Below are positions 57,924 through 64,000 of a DNA stretch of 64,000 nt, one piece after another. The notes under the pieces are model-generated. The model worked only from the letters and a program-made list of their open reading frames with translations. It did no database searches and was not told the origin of the DNA. Source of the stretch: Streptococcus mitis. GTDB taxonomy: Bacteria; Bacillota; Bacilli; Lactobacillales; Streptococcaceae. The translations under genes and the position numbers were made by a program. The stretch is from assembly GCA_032480835.1 (NCBI GenBank), contig JAWETZ010000004.1, positions 27,118 to 91,117 on the forward strand, written 5' to 3'. Every line of letters starts with the position of its first letter. Position 1 is the first letter of the stretch.

Positions 57924-59195
57924 ATGAAGAAACAAAGCAAGTACCAAGAGGTCGTTTCCTATCTAAAAAATGGTATCGAGTCTGGACGCTTTCCGACGGG
58001 AAGCCGCCTGCCTTCTATCCGTCAACTGAGCCTTGACTTTCACTGTAGCAAGGATACCATTCAACGAGCCCTACTGGAATTACGACACGAACAATACCTC
58101 TATGCCAAGCCCCAGAGTGGCTACTATGTCCTAGAACAAGGGCAACATCAAGACCTAGAAATCGAGGTTACGGACGAACACGCCAGCGCCTATGACGATT
58201 TCCGACTCTGTGTCAATGAAACCTTGATTGGCCGGGAAAACTACCTCTTCAACTACTATGACAACCAAGAAGGTTTAGAAGACTTAAGACAATCCATTCA
58301 TAAACTGCTCTTTGACCAAGCCCTCTACTGCAAGGCTGACCAACTGGTACTGACTTCTGGAACCCAGCAAGCCTTGTTTATCCTCTCTCAAATTTCCTTC
58401 CCTAGCCAAGCTAAAGAAATCTTGGTGGAACAGCCGACCTATCATCGGATGAATCGCCTCTTGATTGCACAGGGTCTGGACTATCAAATGATTGAACGAG
58501 GCATTGATGGGATTGACTTGGAGGAGCTGGAAGGCCATTTCAAGACAGGAAAGATTAAGTTTTTCTATACCATTCCTCGTTTTCACTATCCTCTTGGGCA
58601 TTCCTATTCTGAGCAGGACAAACGGGCTATTCTTGACTTAGCTGCCAAGTATGGTGTCTATATCGTAGAGGACGACTATTTGGGGGATTTGGACTCCAAG
58701 AAGGGCCATACCTTCCACTATCTGGATACAGAAGAGCGCGTCATTTATATCAAATCCTTCTCAACCAGCCTCTTTCCAGCCCTGAGGATTACGGCACTCA
58801 TTCTTCCAAATGCTATTAAGGAAGCCTTTGTGACCTACAAAAATATCCTTGACTACGACAACAACCTCATCATGCAAAAGGCCCTGTCACTCTATATTGA
58901 CAGTCAATTATTTGAGAAAAATCGGCTAGCTCGCTTGTCCAATCAGGAAAACTACCAAAAACAAATCGAGGAAAGACTAGTTAACACTCCTTGTCCCCTT
59001 CCTCATTATCCTCTACACGATGGTTTATTGCTGGACCTGAGACAATTCCCTAAAATTGCCAGTCTCAAGCACAGCCAACTGGGCTTGGATTTCTTTGAAG
59101 AGGCTTACTTGGGTGTCTGTCCTTATCAATTTGCCAAGGTAGCCTTAGAAAATCTGGAAAAGGTTTTAAACTATTTAAAAGCAGAATTGGACTGA
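57924..59195 (+). CDS. MocR/GntR-family PLP-dependent transcriptional regulator
   Basis: wHTH LPSIRQL..KPQSGYYV plus aminotransferase-like domain (VEDDY, KSFS). Confidence 0.92.
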   Translation: MKKQSKYQEVVSYLKNGIESGRFPTGSRLPSIRQLSLDFHCSKDTIQRALLELRHEQYLYAKPQSGYYVLEQGQHQDLEIEVTDEHASAYDDFRLCVNETLIGRENYLFNYYDNQEGLEDLRQSIHKLLFDQALYCKADQLVLTSGTQQALFILSQISFPSQAKEILVEQPTYHRMNRLLIAQGLDYQMIERGIDGIDLEELEGHFKTGKIKFFYTIPRFHYPLGHSYSEQDKRAILDLAAKYGVYIVEDDYLGDLDSKKGHTFHYLDTEERVIYIKSFSTSLFPALRITALILPNAIKEAFVTYKNILDYDNNLIMQKALSLYIDSQLFEKNRLARLSNQENYQKQIEERLVNTPCPLPHYPLHDGLLLDLRQFPKIASLKHSQLGLDFFEEAYLGVCPYQFAKVALENLEKVLNYLKAELD

Positions 59196-59218
59196 CTTCC
59201 AACTCTGCTTTTTTCTTA

Positions 59219-59320
59219 TACTCTTCAAAAATCTCTTCAAACCACGTCAGCGTCGCCTTACCGTACTCAAGTACAGCTTGCGGCTAGCTTCCTAGTTTGC
59301 TCTTTGATTTTCATTGAGTA
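59219..59320 (-). repeat. BOX element (boxA-boxC type)
   Basis: BOX termini; TTA/TTA flanks. Confidence 0.92.
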
Positions 59321-60136
59321 TTATTGTTCAACTTCTGTTAAGGTTGCCGCTTTTTCAAGATATTTTTGGTAGGTACCGTCATCCTTGAGTTTTTGGATGA
59401 CCTTGTCCACCACTTCTTTCAAATCAGCACTATTTTTTCTAAGGGCAACTGCATTGGCTTCGCCGTCCTTCATCTTCAAGCTGACAGTTGCGACAGCTAA
59501 ATCCGCATTTTTAGCAGCATAGCTAAGGGCAACAGGCTCATCCATGTGAACAGCATCTACTTTTCCAGCCTGCAATTCATTGACAGCTTCACCCATATTG
59601 GTTAGGGAAGTTAATTGCGCTTTTGGCAATTGTTCCTTGACCATTGATTCTGGAACAGTCCCTTTTTGGGCTGCAATATTAGCACTTTCAAGGCTAGTTA
59701 AATCCTTGTATTTTTCTACATCAGACTTACGGACCAAGAAACTAATCTTGTTTTCATAGTAAGGGATCGAAAAATCAAAGACTTCTTTTCTCTCGTCAGT
59801 AGCGCTAATTCCCGCAACTGCTAGGTCAGCCTTCCCAGTTTGAAGACTGGTCAAGACATTGTCAAAACTCATGCTTGAAATTTCCAACTTCACCCCAAGT
59901 TCATCAGCGATAGCCTGAGCCATATCAATGTCCGCACCTACTACCTGATTTTTTCCGTCAACCAAGGCTTGGAATTCAAAAGGTGCATAGTCAGGACTGG
60001 TCGCCACAACTAATTTCCCCTTTTGCTTAATGGCCTCAAGAGCTGACTGAGAACCATTCGAACTTGACTGGCAAGCCACTAAGAAGAAACTTGCAAGAAA
60101 GCTACATAAAACAAATATCCATTTTTTTGATTTCAT
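59321..60136 (-). CDS. Polar amino acid ABC substrate-binding lipoprotein
   Basis: Lipobox LVAC, SPDYAPFEF, ERKEVFDFS. Confidence 0.92.
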   Translation of the reverse strand: MKSKKWIFVLCSFLASFFLVACQSSSNGSQSALEAIKQKGKLVVATSPDYAPFEFQALVDGKNQVVGADIDMAQAIADELGVKLEISSMSFDNVLTSLQTGKADLAVAGISATDERKEVFDFSIPYYENKISFLVRKSDVEKYKDLTSLESANIAAQKGTVPESMVKEQLPKAQLTSLTNMGEAVNELQAGKVDAVHMDEPVALSYAAKNADLAVATVSLKMKDGEANAVALRKNSADLKEVVDKVIQKLKDDGTYQKYLEKAATLTEVEQ

Positions 60137-60294
60137 AAATAAACAACCTCTCTGTTAATTTTGTATAATTATAACGCTATTCAAGATACTTGTCAAGCGT
60201 TTTTTTGAATTTTTATCTCAAAAATATTTTTTTCATTCAATAAAAGGAGCTTTCGGTTGATTTCAAGCTCCTTTTTATACAGAATGAATCTATT

Positions 60295-60948
60295 TTATAG
60301 TTCGACAATCTTACCTGTTTCAAAGTAAACAACCCATTCACAGATATTCTTGGCATAGTCTCCAATGCGTTCCAAGAAGGCAATCACTTGGAAATAATCT
60401 CGACCTGTAACGATGGCATCTGGATTTTTCTTGATTTCTTCTGTAGCCAACTCACGAATGCTATCAAAGTAATGGTTGATTTTTTCGTCCATAGCTGCTA
60501 CTTCATAGGCCTGGTCAACTGAACCATTGAGATAGAGTTCCAAGACTGCTTCGACGAAGTTCTTGACATCGCGACCCATTCTCTTGATTTCTTCTTCAAC
60601 AGCAGGGATACGTTGTTCCCCCTTCATACGAATTGCTGCTTTGGCAATAGAAACAGCATGGTCACCCATACGTTCCAAGTCAGATACAGCCTTCAAGACG
60701 GTTAGAACTGTACGCAAGTCCTGAGAAACGGGTTGTTGAAGGGCAATCATTTCAAATGATTTCTTCTCTAATTTCACTTCGTATTCGTTTACTTCTGCAT
60801 CGTCTTCGATGACTTCCTTGGCCAAATCACGGTCATGCGTAACAAAGGCACGCACCGTACGATTGATTTGGGATAACACTTCTTGTCCCATAGCGTAGAA
60901 CTGGTTGTGCAATTTCTCTAAATCTTCTTCAAATTGAGAACGTAACAT
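60295..60948 (-). CDS. phoU: Phosphate uptake regulator PhoU
   Basis: QQPVSQDLR, LERMGDHA, LERIGDYAKNICE. Confidence 0.96.
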   Translation of the reverse strand: MLRSQFEEDLEKLHNQFYAMGQEVLSQINRTVRAFVTHDRDLAKEVIEDDAEVNEYEVKLEKKSFEMIALQQPVSQDLRTVLTVLKAVSDLERMGDHAVSIAKAAIRMKGEQRIPAVEEEIKRMGRDVKNFVEAVLELYLNGSVDQAYEVAAMDEKINHYFDSIRELATEEIKKNPDAIVTGRDYFQVIAFLERIGDYAKNICEWVVYFETGKIVEL

Positions 60949-60959
60949 CATTTATCTCC

Positions 60960-61718
60960 TTATCCAAATTTTCCTGAAATATAATCTTCTGTTTCCTTGT
61001 GTTGTGGGTTGAGGAACATCTTCTTGGTATCGTTAAACTCAATCAAATCTCCATCTAGGAAAAATCCTGTCTTGTCAGAAATACGAGAAGCTTGTTGCAT
61101 AGAACGCGTAACCAAGAGCATGGTATATTTATCTTTTAGACCATACAAGGTTTCCTCAATCTTACCAGCCGAGATAGGGTCCAAGGCTGAAGTCGGCTCA
61201 TCCAAGAGAATGATTTTAGGACTGGTTGCCAAGACACGGGCAACACAGACACGTTGCTGTTGTCCACCTGAAAGTCCGATAGCTGAATCATGCAGACGGT
61301 CCTTGACCTCATCCCAGATGGAAGCACGCTGCAAGGCTTTTTCCACAGCTTCATCCAGAACCTGCTTGTCCTTCACTCCATTGATACGAAGCCCATAAAC
61401 AACATTTTCGTAGATAGACATAGGGAAAGGGTTCGGTTGTTGGAAAACCATACCGATTTCCTTTCGCAATTCAACTGTATCTGTACGCGGACTGTAGATG
61501 TTGTGGCCGTTGTAAACCACCGAACCAGTTGTGGTCACCTCAGGATTGAGGTCCCCCATGCGGTTGATTGCTTTGAGAAGGGTTGACTTCCCTGATCCAG
61601 ATGGACCAATCAAGGCTGTAATTTCCTTAGGTTGGAAAGATAGGGAAACACTATTCAAGGCCTTTTTTTGATTGTAGTAAACGGACAGGTCTGACACCTG
61701 TAAAATCGCTTCTGTCAT
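60960..61718 (-). CDS. pstB: Phosphate ABC transporter ATPase
   Basis: [25 protein letters not shown]. Confidence 0.95.
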   Translation of the reverse strand: MTEAILQVSDLSVYYNQKKALNSVSLSFQPKEITALIGPSGSGKSTLLKAINRMGDLNPEVTTTGSVVYNGHNIYSPRTDTVELRKEIGMVFQQPNPFPMSIYENVVYGLRINGVKDKQVLDEAVEKALQRASIWDEVKDRLHDSAIGLSGGQQQRVCVARVLATSPKIILLDEPTSALDPISAGKIEETLYGLKDKYTMLLVTRSMQQASRISDKTGFFLDGDLIEFNDTKKMFLNPQHKETEDYISGKFG

Positions 61719-61730
61719 ACTGTTTCCTTT

Positions 61731-62534
61731 CTATCCAAAGTGTCCTGTTACGTAGTCATTGGTTGACTGTAGTTTGGCATTTTGGAAAATATTAGAGGTC
61801 TTATCGTACTCGATCAAGTCACCCAAGTAGAAAAATCCTGTGTAGTCACTAGCACGCGCAGCCTGCTGCATACTGTGAGTCACGATGATGATGGTAAAGT
61901 CCTTCTTCAATTCCAACATAGTTTCTTCCAGCTGGGCTGTTGCAATCGGATCCAAGGCTGACGCTGGTTCATCCATCAAGAGGATATCTGGTTTAACAGA
62001 GATAGCACGAGCGATACAGAGACGTTGCTGCTGACCACCTGATAGGGTCAAGGCTGACTTGTGCAAATCATCTTTGACCTGGTCCCAAAGGGCAGCTTGA
62101 CGAAGAGAGGTTTCCACAATTTTATCCAAGACTTGCTTGTCCTTAACCCCTGCACGTTCATGGGCAAAAGTGATGTTGCGGTAGATAGACTTGGCAAAGG
62201 GATTTGGTCGTTGGAAGACCATTCCGATGTGCTTACGCATCTCATAGACGTTAATTTCTGGACGGTTGACATCAATCCCTTGATAGAGGATTTGACCTGT
62301 GACCTTAGCAATATCAATGGTATCATTCATACGGTTGAGACTGCGGAGGTAGGTTGATTTCCCTGATCCAGATGGGCCAATTAAGGCTGTAATTTTATTT
62401 TTTTCAAATTGCATATCGATGCCCTTGATGGATTCTTTTTTACCGTAGTAAACATGTAAATCCTTAGTAGAGAGGGCCACTTTCTCTTCAGGAAAGGTGA
62501 TGATATGCTTTTCATCCCAATTATATTTTGACAT
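61731..62534 (-). CDS. pstB: Phosphate ABC transporter ATPase (second copy)
   Basis: [29 protein letters not shown]. Confidence 0.95.
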   Translation of the reverse strand: MSKYNWDEKHIITFPEEKVALSTKDLHVYYGKKESIKGIDMQFEKNKITALIGPSGSGKSTYLRSLNRMNDTIDIAKVTGQILYQGIDVNRPEINVYEMRKHIGMVFQRPNPFAKSIYRNITFAHERAGVKDKQVLDKIVETSLRQAALWDQVKDDLHKSALTLSGGQQQRLCIARAISVKPDILLMDEPASALDPIATAQLEETMLELKKDFTIIIVTHSMQQAARASDYTGFFYLGDLIEYDKTSNIFQNAKLQSTNDYVTGHFG

Positions 62535-62544
62535 GGCTTCTCCT

Positions 62545-63429
62545 TTAGGCAGCGGTTAATTTCTTATGTAGGTAGCTTCCGAGTTTGCGGGCTCCAAAGT
62601 TAAAGATGAGGATAAAGATGAGGAGCACGGCTGCAGAACCTGCTGATACGATGGTTCCATCTGGAATGGTTCCTTCGCTATTGACTTTCCAGATGTGGAC
62701 AGCCAAGGTTTCTGCTTGACGGAAGATAGAGATTGGGCTGGTCACACTAAGAATATTCCAGTTAGACCAGTCAAGGGCTGGAGCGGATTGCCCTGCTGTA
62801 TAGATGAGAGCTGCCGCCTCACCAAAGATACGACCAGAGGCCAAGACAACCCCAGTTACAATCCCTGGAAGAGCTTCTGGAATAACCACATGGACCACAG
62901 TCTCCCAGCGAGAAATCCCAAGGGCCAAACCAGCCTCACGTTGCGTATGGTGAACGTGTTTCAAGCTGTCCTCAACATTACGAGTCATCTGAGGCAGGTT
63001 AAAGACTGTCAAGGCCAAGGCACCTGAGATGATTGAAAATCCGTACTCAAACTGAACTACAAAGATCAAGTAACCAAAGAGACCTACAACCACTGATGGT
63101 AGAGAAGACAAGATTTCAATACAGGTTCTGACAAAGTTGGTCACAGGACCTTTTTTGGCATATTCAGCTAGGAAAATCCCAGCTCCCATAGACAAGGGCA
63201 CAGAAATAATCAAGGTAATGACCAGAAGGAAGAAGGAATTATAGAGCTGAATTCCAATCCCTCCACCTGCTTGGTAAGAAGAGGATTTGCCAGTCAAGAA
63301 AGACCAAGAGATGTGGGGCAAACCACGAACCAAGATATAAAGAATCAAGGATGCCAAGATGGCAACGATAATTCCTGCAATTGAGTAGAGGACAGCTGTT
63401 GCAATTTTATCTAATTTCTTAGCGTGCAT
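62545..63429 (-). CDS. pstA: Phosphate ABC permease PstA
   Basis: LPSVVVGLFG, GRIFGEAAAL, ETLAVHIW. Confidence 0.94.
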   Translation of the reverse strand: MHAKKLDKIATAVLYSIAGIIVAILASLILYILVRGLPHISWSFLTGKSSSYQAGGGIGIQLYNSFFLLVITLIISVPLSMGAGIFLAEYAKKGPVTNFVRTCIEILSSLPSVVVGLFGYLIFVVQFEYGFSIISGALALTVFNLPQMTRNVEDSLKHVHHTQREAGLALGISRWETVVHVVIPEALPGIVTGVVLASGRIFGEAAALIYTAGQSAPALDWSNWNILSVTSPISIFRQAETLAVHIWKVNSEGTIPDGTIVSAGSAAVLLIFILIFNFGARKLGSYLHKKLTAA

Positions 63430-64000
63430 AGTTTTTCTTTCCTCTTTCTTTCGTAATCAATTTAATCACACTGTTGAAGGCCAAACTCATCAAGAGCAAG
63501 ACTAAGGCCAGTGACCAGAGAACATTATTGTCAACGGTTCCCATAACGGTATTTCCGATACCCATGGTCAACACAGAGGTCAAGGTCGCAGCAGGTGTTG
63601 TCAATGAAGTTGGGACAACGGCTGAGTTTCCAACCACCATCTGAATGGCCAAGGCCTCACCAAAGGCACGCGCCATTCCAAAGACAACAGCGGTGAAAAT
63701 CCCTGAACGCGCTGCCTTTAAGGTTACGCGCCAGATGGTTTGCCAACGAGTTGCCCCCATAGCCAAACTAGCTTCACGGTAGTGACGAGGCACTGCACGC
63801 AAACTATCGGTTGTCATAAAGGTTACCGTCGGTAAAATCATGACAAAGAGAACGAAAATCCCTGACAAAATCCCAAAACCAGTTCCACCAAAGACACTAC
63901 GTACAAAGGGAACTACGACCTGCAAACCGATAAATCCATACACGACTGAAGGAATTCCGACAAGCAATTCAATGGCTGGCTGTAAGATTCTAGCACCTTT
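63419..64000 (-). CDS. pstC: Phosphate ABC permease PstC (5' end beyond window)
   Basis: GIPSVVYG, MARAFGEALA; frame open to the window edge. Confidence 0.92.
   Translation of the reverse strand, partial: KGARILQPAIELLVGIPSVVYGFIGLQVVVPFVRSVFGGTGFGILSGIFVLFVMILPTVTFMTTDSLRAVPRHYREASLAMGATRWQTIWRVTLKAARSGIFTAVVFGMARAFGEALAIQMVVGNSAVVPTSLTTPAATLTSVLTMGIGNTVMGTVDNNVLWSLALVLLLMSLAFNSVIKLITKERGKKNYAR

Noticed and set aside
60960..62534. Two tandem pstB genes
   Set aside because: Normal arrangement of this streptococcal pst operon.

Overview
Chromosomal segment of a mitis-group Streptococcus (S. mitis/S. pneumoniae-like, judged from BOX repeats, the choline-binding protein CbpE/Pce and pneumococcal-type housekeeping proteins). 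It is mostly core genome: yabA-holB-tmk, proBAC, pce, rluD-lspA-LysR, rplU-prp-rpmA, tuf, dacA, nnrD, folD, an Arg-type ABC transporter, clpE, ezrA, gyrB, rodA, dinG, amy, alaS with T-box, potABCD, murB, alsD and the pst/phoU operon, plus seven BOX elements. The main accessory feature is an AT-rich ~6.6 kb island (about 44.7-51.3 kb) encoding an MmeI-like m6A methyltransferase, an SF2 helicase, a GIY-YIG/T5orf172 nuclease (dnmA/yeeABC-like layout) and a small membrane protein. Its 5' leader holds a strong-RBS uORF that runs through a (TA)9T microsatellite and currently stops just before a terminator-like hairpin. One extra repeat unit would let the uORF read through the hairpin and end overlapping the methyltransferase start codon, suggesting a phase-variable leader-peptide switch. 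Other leads are a possible non-AUG leader peptide upstream of potA and a DarT-like ADP-ribosyltransferase-fold orphan gene beside nnrD. All calls come from reading the sequence and ORF translations; no database searches were run.
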